Notes: a model not told the origin generated them from the sequence alone. Numbered from the stretch's first letter, positions 29,292 through 38,963 are shown. The stretch is 64,000 nt of DNA from Smithellaceae bacterium (GCA_963667845.2 CAXXVL010000002.1:1792001-1856000), one strand, 5' to 3'. Numbers and translations are program-made.

Positions 29292-31292
29292 TTAATCAAA
29301 ATTTCCAAATTTGAAATCGCCTTCTCCTTCAATATAACGGAATTGCGGATTTTGCTTTCCATCTGTTTGTCTCGATACTTCTTTTTTAACAAAATGCCCT
29401 ATGTCGGATGCCAGAATAATTCCATCGTCACTATAAAGAGATTTATTACTGAAGGCATCCAAAATTGTTTTTGTGAATATACCATGTCTTAATTTTGAAT
29501 CTTCACCCGCTGTCTCATTCTTGCCGCCAGCCGTTATGATTTGCACAGTGTCATGCGGATGAGAACTTTTATTTACTGTTTTTGGTATTGCACCATAACC
29601 AGAATAGCAAGAATCAAAAACTAACAGAATGTGTTTGGCCTTATATCTTTTGATAACTTCGCGAATTTTCTCCATGGAAATGGCGGTACCTCTATAGTTC
29701 TTTTTCTTAGCATCCCTAGGTAGTATGTATCCTTCCATTTCACCGCCTTTCAGTTCTTCGGTATCCCCATGTCCTGCAAAATATACAAAGAGTGCATCGT
29801 TTTGGCCCAAGATATATGGCAGTTCGTCTGCCAGCACTCGTAAAATGCCCGCTCTCGTTGCATTAGCTTCAGGGATCTCGATAACCTTGTCAAAACCCAT
29901 TTTGACAATTTGTTCTTTAATGGCTTGTGCATCTCTTATCGCGAAATCAAGAGGTTCATATTCCGAATTATTATATTTATTAATTCCAATGATGACAGCA
30001 ACCTTTCGATCATACAGTTTATTCATTTTTTTGCTGAAGGTTTGATTCCCATCAATTTCTATATCTTTTTTCGTTTTGTTTCCTCTCGCGTCAATAGCCA
30101 TAATGACAAATTTGTTTCTGCCCTGCGCAAGGGGTAAATCAATCGTGTATTTATTTATGTTATCTGGCTCTAATAAAAATGTTTTTTCTAACGCATCAGC
30201 ATCCGAATTATTACATTTAACGCCGTTCACAGTTACCATTGTAATTTTATTACTGCCGGACGCTAATATGACAAATGAAGCTTTTTGATTCGAGATAATT
30301 TTTACACCCCTGGCGGCTTTAGGTTCGAGAATCTTAATCCAAGGGCCCTTGGAATCTGCCTTTACTATATGTTTGTAACTATCTGATTGATTCGATTTAA
30401 GATCAGCAAGAATTCTTTTTGCAGCCTCCACTTCGGGATAGACAAGCTGCGTTTCTATCTCGATATTCCTTCCCTGTCTTTCTATTTTATAGATTACTGT
30501 ATTACCATACTGTGTCATAAGCTTGGCTAATTCGTGCATTCCTGCTTTTTCATTTTCCACAGGCGCATTGTTTATCATTAATATTTTATCAGCTATCATG
30601 AGTCCATTCAGATCTGCCATTCCACCCTTATTGATAAAATCGATGACAGTGTCATGTCCATTTGCACCAAAGTGTACTTTATATTTTTTATTCAGAATAT
30701 TTGTGGCTAACTGAATAGCCTTTTTCTTATTAGCAATTGCAAGTTGCTGTTCAAGATCCTTATAAGTCGATCTTAATTCATAAAAAGCAATTGCAGCATC
30801 TACAGCGTCCACCCAAATATCACGATCCTGAGCTAGAGCAGATTTTTTCATCATTTCGTAATAACGAGCAGTGCCGACAGTTTCTTTTGCTTTTAACGCG
30901 CATCGGTATGCCTTATCGATTTTATTATATTTATAATATAAGTCGGATAATAACAGATAACTAAAAAATGCTTTATCCGGAAATAATGGAATTGCTTTTA
31001 GCATATTATCTTCTGCTTTATCTATATCCCCAATAAAGCCATATGACGCGCCAAGGCATATCCTGGCAAAATAATCAGCGTTGATGCCTCCTTGACCATC
31101 AAGTTTCAACTTGAGAGGTGTTTCGTGATTAGATTCAAGTGCCTCCTGACATGCAATGATAGCCTTGTCATATTCGCCAGAATCTAGATACGATTTGGCA
31201 CTCAAAAAATTACTCATAGTGCGCGTTGTAGCGCATCCCGTAAAATTGAATAAAAATATTGTAGCAAGGAAATAAAAAAATACCTTTTTCAT
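29292..31292 (-). CDS. Lipoprotein: TPR, PDZ, Ig-like and caspase-family (C14) domains; paralog of 27208-29193
   Basis: Lipobox FTGC; same architecture; near-identical protease domain with YFAGHG and DSCYSG. Confidence 0.88.
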   Translation of the reverse strand: MKKVFFYFLATIFLFNFTGCATTRTMSNFLSAKSYLDSGEYDKAIIACQEALESNHETPLKLKLDGQGGINADYFARICLGASYGFIGDIDKAEDNMLKAIPLFPDKAFFSYLLLSDLYYKYNKIDKAYRCALKAKETVGTARYYEMMKKSALAQDRDIWVDAVDAAIAFYELRSTYKDLEQQLAIANKKKAIQLATNILNKKYKVHFGANGHDTVIDFINKGGMADLNGLMIADKILMINNAPVENEKAGMHELAKLMTQYGNTVIYKIERQGRNIEIETQLVYPEVEAAKRILADLKSNQSDSYKHIVKADSKGPWIKILEPKAARGVKIISNQKASFVILASGSNKITMVTVNGVKCNNSDADALEKTFLLEPDNINKYTIDLPLAQGRNKFVIMAIDARGNKTKKDIEIDGNQTFSKKMNKLYDRKVAVIIGINKYNNSEYEPLDFAIRDAQAIKEQIVKMGFDKVIEIPEANATRAGILRVLADELPYILGQNDALFVYFAGHGDTEELKGGEMEGYILPRDAKKKNYRGTAISMEKIREVIKRYKAKHILLVFDSCYSGYGAIPKTVNKSSHPHDTVQIITAGGKNETAGEDSKLRHGIFTKTILDAFSNKSLYSDDGIILASDIGHFVKKEVSRQTDGKQNPQFRYIEGEGDFKFGNFD

Positions 31293-32120
31293 TAGATAAA
31301 TCCTTTCTGAATATTTTTTTGATAAATTACTTTACACAATGGTTTGAAGATAAAATATCCATGGCCTTTTGAAAGGTGGGATATAAAGCCTGAAGCAAAA
31401 TCAACAGTTCAGGAATTAGATGTTCTGTGGTTTACTTAGCCATAACCGGTGAAAATATAGCTCTTGGAAATCCACCACCACAGGGCAATGTGCTTCCTGT
31501 TTATACATTATATTTTTGATAAGATGCTGCTTGTTGCGGTGGAAACTTTAGACTTGTCGGTCTTTCATGTCAACATAAAATTGACCAAAAATGTTATGTA
31601 TTTGTATTTGTGGTAGGAAGTAAAAGATGGTCTTTGCGGATTTATGCTCTCCATTTTCGATGAGTGGCTTCTGATTTAGCTAAACGCAGGAGTCTGTGTT
31701 TCTGATTGAGCTGGATAACGGAATATATTAACCATGATTGAATAGCTCTCAACAATACCCACTAAAACCTTCCTGAGCCTTCCAGGGAGAGAGATATTTA
31801 TCGACGAATATATGAGGATGGATGAGAACAGGAATGGCTCTCAGGAGGGTTATGGTTGTACCGAGTCAATGAATACGGCATGAAAGGTGCATTTTTCGGA
31901 AAAGCTGATGGTCTGATGATCGAGGCTGTTTATAACTTCCCGCTTTACGTACCAAGTGGATGTTTGACAGATTAATAGATATTGGTCATCATCTATCTGC
32001 TTTTCTTTCTGTCTCAAACAGATTAGGCTTACAAGCAATAATCAGAAAATACTTGCCAAGAATATTAAGCGTTGTGAATTTGAGATAATGTAATTAACTA
32101 ATAACGGGAGGAGAGAATTC

Positions 32121-32438
32121 ATGAAGTTAAAGAGTCAAGTGTTAATGGCAATTATGGTTTTATTTTTGCTGGTTGGTTGTGCTGGAGGTATGTCTAATTT
32201 ATCGTCATATCAATCTGCTTCTTCAACTAGGATAGGATGTCCACCAAAAGAGGTGATAATTACAGATTTAGATACTCATGGGATAAGTAAAGCGAGGGAT
32301 TGGGTCGCCACGTGCAATGGTCAGTCATATTATTGCTCCGGAGTTAGTGATGGTTACGGTGGAACTACTAACGTTTCTTGCATGAAAAAATCTTCAGACA
32401 GTCAAAGGGCTGTCGAACCCAAAAAAAAGAAAAAATAA
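32121..32438 (+). CDS. Small Cys-rich lipoprotein
   Basis: GGAGG RBS, lipobox LVGC, four further Cys. Confidence 0.75.
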   Translation: MKLKSQVLMAIMVLFLLVGCAGGMSNLSSYQSASSTRIGCPPKEVIITDLDTHGISKARDWVATCNGQSYYCSGVSDGYGGTTNVSCMKKSSDSQRAVEPKKKKK

Positions 32439-32477
32439 GTACTCCATCAAGAATGGATTCCTTATGAATAAGTTAGT

Positions 32478-32542
32478 TCACAACAAGTCATTAGAGCCGA
32501 TGGCGGCCCCTTGGGCCGCTCCGGCTCCGCTTTTTGTTGCAC
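32478..32542 (+). repeat. attC-like recombination site (65 bp)
   Basis: AACAA..GAGCCGA-TGGCGGCCCC-TT-GGGCCGC-TCCGGCTC..TTGTT imperfect hairpin bounded by AAC and GTT triplets. Confidence 0.75.
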
Positions 32543-32690
32543 CTTTCAAACCTTAATCCTCAGCTCACAGACGGTCTCGCCTTTGAAGATAAGTAGGTGC
32601 TATACGTAACAAAATGATGATTGCAACTTAGGCAACACAGGTTCATCATCTATCGGTATTTCCTATTGATTCACTGGAAAGGAGATAGCG

Positions 32691-33845
32691 ATGGACCAAA
32701 TAGCTGCAGAGAAGCACATTATCAAATCCACAAAAGAATCCCTGGCATTTTATAGCGACATGGATCAAGACGTGTGTCGTCGTTCCGCGAAAGTTTTCAA
32801 GAAAAACATTCCTGAAAAATTAGAGAGCACAATGTACGAGCAGGAAGCAAAGGCGCTGCGATGGGCATTAAAGCGCCTTGCTGGATGGGACCTGCCGGGC
32901 AAACAGCATGTGGAGAACTATTTCCGGCACATGTATCGACGGAACTTCAGACCAAAGACTTACGTCAGCAACCTGACAGCGATTCAAGTCTTTCTCACCG
33001 TTGTCAAGGATTCGGGGAAAAACCGTCTGGAAGAAATCACCAAACAGGATATTGAAACTTTTATTGAGCACGAACAGGATCGGGGCTTGATGCTGTCAAC
33101 GGTGCGGACAAGGCTTCACTGTGCCAATGCCTTTTTAGGCTATTTGATTGAAATCGGAGTTGTCACTGCCGACGTTCTGGCACGAAGGATTCGCCTGAAA
33201 AAACCGGAGGCATTGCCCCGGGCCATGGATCCGGATGACATTAATAAGCTGCTCTGTGTAATTGACAATACAAAAGACCGGGCCATGATCACCGTGCTTC
33301 TGCGGACGGGGATGAGAATCGGCGAATTGCTTGGCACGAAGATGAGGGATCTCCACCTGAAGGATCGCCGGATTGATATTTACGAGGGGGAAAAGAACCG
33401 GATCGGGAGAGTGGTCTACCTCAGTGATGACGCAATGGTCGCCTTGAAAGCATGGCTTAAGATAAGAGAGGTTGATCATGAGTTTCTTTTTTATGCCCGG
33501 GGCAGCAGAACCATGTGTTACAGTACCGCCCATCTTATCTTCTCACGGTGTCTGAAAAAAGCCGACCTTGCGCACAAGGGGCATTCCCTGCACGCGCTGC
33601 GGCATACGTTTGCCAGCGAGCTTCTCAATGCCGGCATGCGGATCGAATGTCTTCAACCGTTAATGGGGCATACATCTCTGGACGTGACGCGCCGCTATGC
33701 ACGGCTTACGGACAAGACACGGGAAGAAGAATACTTCCGAGCGATGACAATTATAGAAAGGGGGGAGATTGATGGCCATTACCGACTCGATCATCAGGTA
33801 CAGGCGTTTTTTGAAGAGAAAGAACGTCTCACCGAATACCGTTAA
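32691..33845 (+). CDS. Tyrosine recombinase/integrase A
   Basis: SAM-like N-domain; TGMRIGE, GEKNR, HALRHTFA, LMGH, TRRYA (full R-K-H-R-H-Y set). Confidence 0.93.
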   Translation: MDQIAAEKHIIKSTKESLAFYSDMDQDVCRRSAKVFKKNIPEKLESTMYEQEAKALRWALKRLAGWDLPGKQHVENYFRHMYRRNFRPKTYVSNLTAIQVFLTVVKDSGKNRLEEITKQDIETFIEHEQDRGLMLSTVRTRLHCANAFLGYLIEIGVVTADVLARRIRLKKPEALPRAMDPDDINKLLCVIDNTKDRAMITVLLRTGMRIGELLGTKMRDLHLKDRRIDIYEGEKNRIGRVVYLSDDAMVALKAWLKIREVDHEFLFYARGSRTMCYSTAHLIFSRCLKKADLAHKGHSLHALRHTFASELLNAGMRIECLQPLMGHTSLDVTRRYARLTDKTREEEYFRAMTIIERGEIDGHYRLDHQVQAFFEEKERLTEYR

Positions 33846-34686
33846 GAACTATTTGCATGGTCTGAAGCATTTCATTTTATGGCTTGACGTGCCGCTTGAA
33901 ATGGTTACGCACCAGAAGGTGAATGTTTATATCGATTATCTGATGGGCCAGCGGTTAAAGCCCAAGACGATCAACTGCTATCTCAACAGTATCTGCCAGT
34001 TTTACCGCTACCTCTCAGACGAGGAGGGAATCCAGATTGTCAACCCCGTAAAGAAACCGAACATCATGAAGCTCCCACGGGGACTTCCCAAACATCTGAA
34101 AGACGAGCAGATAGAAATACTCTTCAATAATCTGAAAGGATGCCGGGACCGGGCCATGTTCATGGTTATGCTTCGTTGTGGATTGCGAGTAGAAGAAGTG
34201 GTCCATCTTTCTCTTGCTGACATTGATCTTAAACGCAGAATGCTGCTCATCCAGGATGGCAAGGGCGCCAAGGACCGGATTGTCTATGTCAGCAACGATG
34301 CCCTTTATGCATTGCTGGACTATCTTAAAGTGAGGCCAACAAGCAAAGTAAAGAAAGTTTTTCTGGTTGAGAAAGGGTCGCTTACCGGGCAACCCATCTC
34401 CATTCGAGGCATTCAGAAACGAATGGAATATTATGCATGCAAAACAAATCTGAGGATCTCCTGTCATCATCTTCGCCATACAATGGCCACGCAGATGTTG
34501 AATGCGGACACGGATCTCTCTACGATCCAGGATCTTTTGGGGCATAACTCTATCAGGACGACGCAACGTTATTGCAGAGTATCAAACATGAAAGTGCAGA
34601 GAGATTATTACAGAGCTATGGAGGTGATCATGCAACGAACGGCTTGCAACCAAAACAACGGGCAGGGTTTTAAATCTTCGGAGTGA
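33772..34686 (+). CDS. Tyrosine recombinase/integrase B (XerC/D-sized)
   Basis: CGLRVEE, GKGAKDR, HHLRHTMA, LLGH, TQRYC. Confidence 0.93.
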   Translation: MAITDSIIRYRRFLKRKNVSPNTVKNYLHGLKHFILWLDVPLEMVTHQKVNVYIDYLMGQRLKPKTINCYLNSICQFYRYLSDEEGIQIVNPVKKPNIMKLPRGLPKHLKDEQIEILFNNLKGCRDRAMFMVMLRCGLRVEEVVHLSLADIDLKRRMLLIQDGKGAKDRIVYVSNDALYALLDYLKVRPTSKVKKVFLVEKGSLTGQPISIRGIQKRMEYYACKTNLRISCHHLRHTMATQMLNADTDLSTIQDLLGHNSIRTTQRYCRVSNMKVQRDYYRAMEVIMQRTACNQNNGQGFKSSE

Positions 34687-35315
34687 GTGCGAGTTACCCA
34701 CAGCCGCCCCCGCCTTTGCTACGCTGAAAAGCTGCGGGTTGCGGCTATGGATAACTCCATATGGCGGGGCTGGCAGCAAAATAAACCTGATGGATCTAAA
34801 ATTTATGGTTATTAATAACATAGCGTAACATAACAATATCAATTGGAAAGTCTGATTATGTTACGTATAGGTAGGTGAACGTAACAACCGACAAGGTTAA
34901 GATTTCCCTTGAACTCGTTTGCATAAAACGGATAGAAGTCCGTTACACATCCATATGAGTCGCAAAGATTAACTTCAATCGGCTCCCATCCCGCAAAGAT
35001 TCTCAAACCATGATTTTCAGCACTCCAGCCGTTTATAATCATTCCAGAATTCATGGCCAAAATCGCTGGTTCTGGGTAAATACCATGATCTTCGGCAAAA
35101 CGTCACCAGTAAGATAAGAAACAATCCTGCATTAATATTTTTCACACAGTTTGCAACCAACCGCCATTTTTTTATCCCAGTCAGTTTCTAAAACGCACCC
35201 CGGTCCGCTTCTTACCGTAACCCCCTTCTAATATTTATCTGATCTCCGCTGAACCTTAGAACAAATATATGAATTAGAAATTTATAAAATCATTTTATGA
35301 AGGAGGTGACTGCCT

Positions 35316-35489
35316 ATGAAAAAGAGAGTTTTCACCAGACCAGTATCTGTGATGCTGTCTGTCGAGATGTTCGATCAAATTAAGGCCATTACAGACCAGG
35401 TAAACATTGGTTTCTCAGATTACATCAGGGAAGCGATTCGGGAAAAATTGACAACATTCAACCAAAATAATTTCAATAAAGGAGATTAA
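35316..35489 (+). CDS. Small ribbon-helix-helix protein (57 aa, below the ORF-track cutoff)
   Basis: AGGAGG RBS; MKKRVFTRPVSVMLSVEMFDQIKAITDQVNIGFSDYIREAIREKL. Confidence 0.7.
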   Translation: MKKRVFTRPVSVMLSVEMFDQIKAITDQVNIGFSDYIREAIREKLTTFNQNNFNKGD

Positions 35490-35493
35490 AGAA

Positions 35494-35817
35494 ATGATTA
35501 GTAATGCAAAACAGAAATTAGATGTATCGTTATTATCGGAAAAACAATTCATTGATTTGCTCAGGGAATTTCAAGATTTTTTAAAAACAAAACTGGAGCC
35601 TTGTGTCAATGACAGTAACATCGTCGATTATTGGACCTGCGGTATAGACCACTTTGATCCGCCGGCACATTATGACCCATTTAGAAATATCATGAAATTC
35701 TGTGCAAAGAAGAATATAGACTGGGATGAATTAAAAGAACGCATTGAAAACTATTCGGGCATTAGCATTTGCTGTGAATGTTTTATTGTTAATCGTATTC
35801 CCATAAATGAAGCATAG
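35494..35817 (+). CDS. Hypothetical protein (DUF2695-like C-terminus)
   Basis: AAGGAG RBS; C-terminal SGISICCEC motif. Confidence 0.5.
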   Translation: MISNAKQKLDVSLLSEKQFIDLLREFQDFLKTKLEPCVNDSNIVDYWTCGIDHFDPPAHYDPFRNIMKFCAKKNIDWDELKERIENYSGISICCECFIVNRIPINEA

Positions 35818-35937
35818 CCAGTCTGACAGGGCATAACATCGCTATAATTTGACTTTAAGCAGACACTTTAAAAGGTCATCACGATTAAAGCCATTGTGAT
35901 GGCCTTTTTATTTAAAGCAATACAGGAGAAATAAACC

Positions 35938-36162
35938 ATGAGAGAAAGAACATTACACACATCAATGAATCTGTTACTTGAGCCGGATATTTATCAACGC
36001 ATAAAAATGATCGCCAGACTGCAAAAGACACCCATGTCAAAATTTATTCGAGAAGGCATTAACCTTCGGCTGGCCCAGTATGACAAAGAAAACAATTCGA
36101 TTATAGGAGGGAAAGAGCATGAACGAACAGACAATGGCATGATAACGATTGCACAAAAATAG
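35938..36162 (+). CDS. Small ribbon-helix-helix protein
   Basis: AGGAG RBS; TSMNLLLEPDIYQRIKMIARLQKTPMSKFIREGI. Confidence 0.65.
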   Translation: MRERTLHTSMNLLLEPDIYQRIKMIARLQKTPMSKFIREGINLRLAQYDKENNSIIGGKEHERTDNGMITIAQK

Positions 36163-36312
36163 AACACCCTATGATTGGGAGGTTCTACTTCGTGTGTGCA
36201 AGTTGTAAGCATTGACTATAAAGATCATCAGCAATATATTATCAGTAATAGCAGTTGTTGAGCGATAAGAGACTGATAGACCAATGACCAATACGTGGAA
36301 AGGAGAATTGCC

Positions 36313-36690
36313 ATGACATCGCAATCAAGAATCAAATTCAACCCAGCGACAAGAGAATTCGAAATAGAGGGAACAGAAGCATTCGTCAAAAAGTATTTTG
36401 ATAAGATACAGGAGCTCTTTGGTAGTGAGGAGGTCAAGCCGGTAAAAGTGGTAAAGAAAGGCAAGAAGATTATAAAGACAACCTTACGATCGAAGAAAAA
36501 AGTCAAAATGGGTGCTATAAAAGGTGCGATTTTTAAAGTCATCGAGAATGCTAAAGGTGCGATTGCTGTAAAGGATATTATTAAAAAAACGGGACTTAAA
36601 AAGACTCAGGTTAATGGAACGTTGATTGCCCTGAAGAAAAAGAAACAGGTTAAATCGGTTGGGAGGGGAATGTACGAGGTTGGAGGCTAA
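36313..36690 (+). CDS. Basic protein with a C-terminal winged-HTH-like domain
   Basis: AGGAG RBS; EFEIEGTEAFV N-terminal motif; VKDIIKKTGLKKTQVNGTLIALKKKKQVKSVGRGMY. Confidence 0.6.
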   Translation: MTSQSRIKFNPATREFEIEGTEAFVKKYFDKIQELFGSEEVKPVKVVKKGKKIIKTTLRSKKKVKMGAIKGAIFKVIENAKGAIAVKDIIKKTGLKKTQVNGTLIALKKKKQVKSVGRGMYEVGG

Positions 36691-36699
36691 ACGCTAAAA

Positions 36700-37085
36700 A
36701 GGGATCTGCATATTACTATTCCGGTTAATAATTTTCATGTCTGATGGAATTACTTTGGTCGCAGTCGTGGACTGGTCTGTCGTATGGTTCTGTCCTGGAG
36801 AATCTCCAATACGTTGGACAGTTCATTTTGCGTGGAGGCTCTGGAAGAAGCTATTGCCAGTTATGGATGTCCTGAAATTTTCAACACGGATCAATGCAGT
36901 CAGTTTACTGCGGAAGTCTTTACCAGTACTCTCTACTCGAAAGGGCACTGCAATCAGCATGGATGGCAAGGGCCGCTGGATGGACAACGTTTTTATTGAA
37001 CGTCTTTGGAAAAATGTAAAGTATGATGATGTCTACCTCAAAGCCTATAGCTCGATGACAGCGGCGAGAAAAGGCCTTTCTGTTA
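36700..37085 (+). pseudogene. IS3-family transposase (rve core) fragment, frameshifted
   Basis: LVAVVDW, VLSWRISNTLD..PEIFNTDQCSQF and ISMDGKGRWMDNVFIERLWKNVKYD lie in different frames; boundaries approximate. Confidence 0.85.
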
Positions 37086-37119
37086 GGGTGACTATCTAGC
37101 ATATTTGCAGGAGGCTGTT

Positions 37120-37896
37120 ATGAATCTCACAAAAAGCAATCAAGCAACTCTCGTAAGAATTGGGAAAATCTTATTATTTAGTGCATTAATTTTAGGCGTG
37201 ACGCAGATTATACGTGCTTTTGCAGCAATCTCAACCCCCTCAACTGCAGCATTCATTTTTCTAATCATTGTTTTACTATCAGCATTTTTTGGCGACTTAT
37301 TGATAGCTATTATCGCATCAATGGTCGCTACGCTTTGTTTTGACTATTTCTTTCTGCCACCATTTGGAACTTTCCATATTGCTGCCTACTCTGATTGGAT
37401 TTCATTGATAGCCTTCCTTGTCACTTCTGCGATTATAAGTCATCTTACTGCGTCTGCAGCGGAACATGCAGCAGAGGTAAGAGAGCTAAAGAAGGCGATG
37501 GAGCAACTTAAAGAATTTGCAGAATTACTTCTGACCACACCATACGAACAACTCACACTTTCAGGAATTGCGACTGAAGCATTACGCATTTTCTCCTTAG
37601 AATACTGCTCAATTCACGTCTATAGAGAGGGTAACTGGGATGATTTTACAGGAACTGCGGAGTCAAGTATTTCTGAGGGGGTTAAAAACCGGCTGACACT
37701 TGTTAAAGACCACCCGACGCAGTTAATAGATTTTGCGGATGAGAGTCTATTGGGCGTTCAGTATATTCACATTAACAAAGGAAGAAGTCCAATAGCATTA
37801 CTGGCAATCAAAAGCAGCACATTATCTCCTGAAGCTATAGGAGTCATGGCTTACATAATCGGAGTTCGGTTAAACACGATGACGAAAAAACAATAA
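37120..37896 (+). CDS. DUF4118 (KdpD-type TM domain) membrane protein without a kinase domain
   Basis: ATLCFDYFFLPPFGTFHI..DWISLIAFL, followed by a GAF-like tail. Confidence 0.75.
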   Translation: MNLTKSNQATLVRIGKILLFSALILGVTQIIRAFAAISTPSTAAFIFLIIVLLSAFFGDLLIAIIASMVATLCFDYFFLPPFGTFHIAAYSDWISLIAFLVTSAIISHLTASAAEHAAEVRELKKAMEQLKEFAELLLTTPYEQLTLSGIATEALRIFSLEYCSIHVYREGNWDDFTGTAESSISEGVKNRLTLVKDHPTQLIDFADESLLGVQYIHINKGRSPIALLAIKSSTLSPEAIGVMAYIIGVRLNTMTKKQ

Positions 37897-37914
37897 ACCG
37901 GGCAAGCGGTGTTT

Positions 37915-38502
37915 CTATTGGCGGCCGTTCTTTCTCAGATAATTTATCAACAGAAAAACCACTATGGCTATGATTGCAATAGGCAGGATGTAGCGGTATG
38001 AATAAGTGTAAACCCGTTTCCAATGCTCACCCAGATAATACCCCATCGTCACAAATGTTACAGTCCATAGAAGCCCACCAGGGAAGGCATACAAGGCAAA
38101 TACCTTGTAAGGCATTTCTGAAATTCCTGCAAATATAGCCGTTAAATGTCTTGCCCCAGGAATAAAATAACCAATGACCAGCGCGAACTTTCCATATTTG
38201 TTGTACCATTCTTCTGTTTTATGAAGGTGTTCAGGATTAATTCTCATTTTGGCTGAATATTTCTCTAAAAAAGGATGGCCAAAGTACCTTCCCAAAACAT
38301 ATCCAATGGAAGTACCACATACCGTTCCCATGAATGCCACTATTACAGCATAAGGATAACTGATAGTCCCTTTAAAGGCCAGAAATCCGGCTAATGCCAT
38401 TAATGTTTCATCAGGTATGGGTAGACCCAAAATGCCAAGCCCCAATGCAGCAAATATTCCGATGTAAGAATACTTAATAAGAAATGGTAAAATACATTGC
38501 AT
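37915..38502 (-). CDS. DedA family membrane protein
   Basis: GLPIPDETLMALAGFL, GYFIPGARHLTAIFAG. Confidence 0.9.
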   Translation of the reverse strand: MQCILPFLIKYSYIGIFAALGLGILGLPIPDETLMALAGFLAFKGTISYPYAVIVAFMGTVCGTSIGYVLGRYFGHPFLEKYSAKMRINPEHLHKTEEWYNKYGKFALVIGYFIPGARHLTAIFAGISEMPYKVFALYAFPGGLLWTVTFVTMGYYLGEHWKRVYTYSYRYILPIAIIAIVVFLLINYLRKNGRQ

Positions 38503-38635
38503 TGATCAAAGGTCCTTTTATTTAACTATTTCATTGAATACGTATACAAACTTGGATGCTTTGCGCCGCGTGGTCTTTGTTGATGCGACACATTGTATCG
38601 CCTGTTTTCAGCTTTAAAATGCAATTATTTTAAAT

Positions 38636-38911
38636 TTATTGTTTTGGGGGAATTTTATCAGGTGAATCTGCTTTTGTTTCTTCGGCATAGGGCTTCTTCA
38701 TTAAAAGAGAATCATTCCAGCCATCGTCGCTCTTCGGCTTTACATCGTCTTTCAAGGCTCCTTTTAAATCATCGGTTATTCCCTCAGTTGCCTTTTTGAA
38801 TTCGCTGAAGCCTTTGCCTAAAGTTTTGGCTAGGTCCGGCAGTTTTCTAGGCCCAACGACAATCAGTGCTATTACAGCAACTAAAGCTAGACTTTGCAAA
38901 CTAAAAAGCAT
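38636..38911 (-). CDS. TatB/TatA-family translocase subunit
   Basis: IALIVVGPRKLPDLAKTLGKGFSEFKKA. Confidence 0.8.
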   Translation of the reverse strand: MLFSLQSLALVAVIALIVVGPRKLPDLAKTLGKGFSEFKKATEGITDDLKGALKDDVKPKSDDGWNDSLLMKKPYAEETKADSPDKIPPKQ

Positions 38912-38963
38912 TGATTATCAACTCCTGCTAAAATTGACTGCCATGACCGGTTGATGGGATTTT

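Larger units (their letters stand above)
32071..32542 (+). mobile_element. Integron gene cassette (lipoprotein gene plus attC)
   Basis: Core site GTTGTGA (32071-32077) is the exact complement of R'' TCACAAC (32478-32484); attC ends in GTTGCAC (32536-32542). Confidence 0.75.
32600..34870 (+). mobile_element. Two-tyrosine-recombinase element with 16-bp terminal inverted repeats, flanked by a GTAGGTG direct repeat
   Basis: CTATACGTAACAAAAT (32600-32615) and ATTATGTTACGTATAG (34855-34870) match 15/16; GTAGGTG at 32593-32599 and 34871-34877. Confidence 0.85.

Noticed and set aside
31730..32040. Possible decayed intI upstream of the cassette
   Set aside because: No convincing integrase motif in the frames I translated by eye
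32600..34870. Chromosomal xerC/xerD with a dif site
   Set aside because: TTATGTTA resembles a XerD arm, but there is no 11-6-11 dif arrangement, and the inverted plus direct repeats indicate a mobile element
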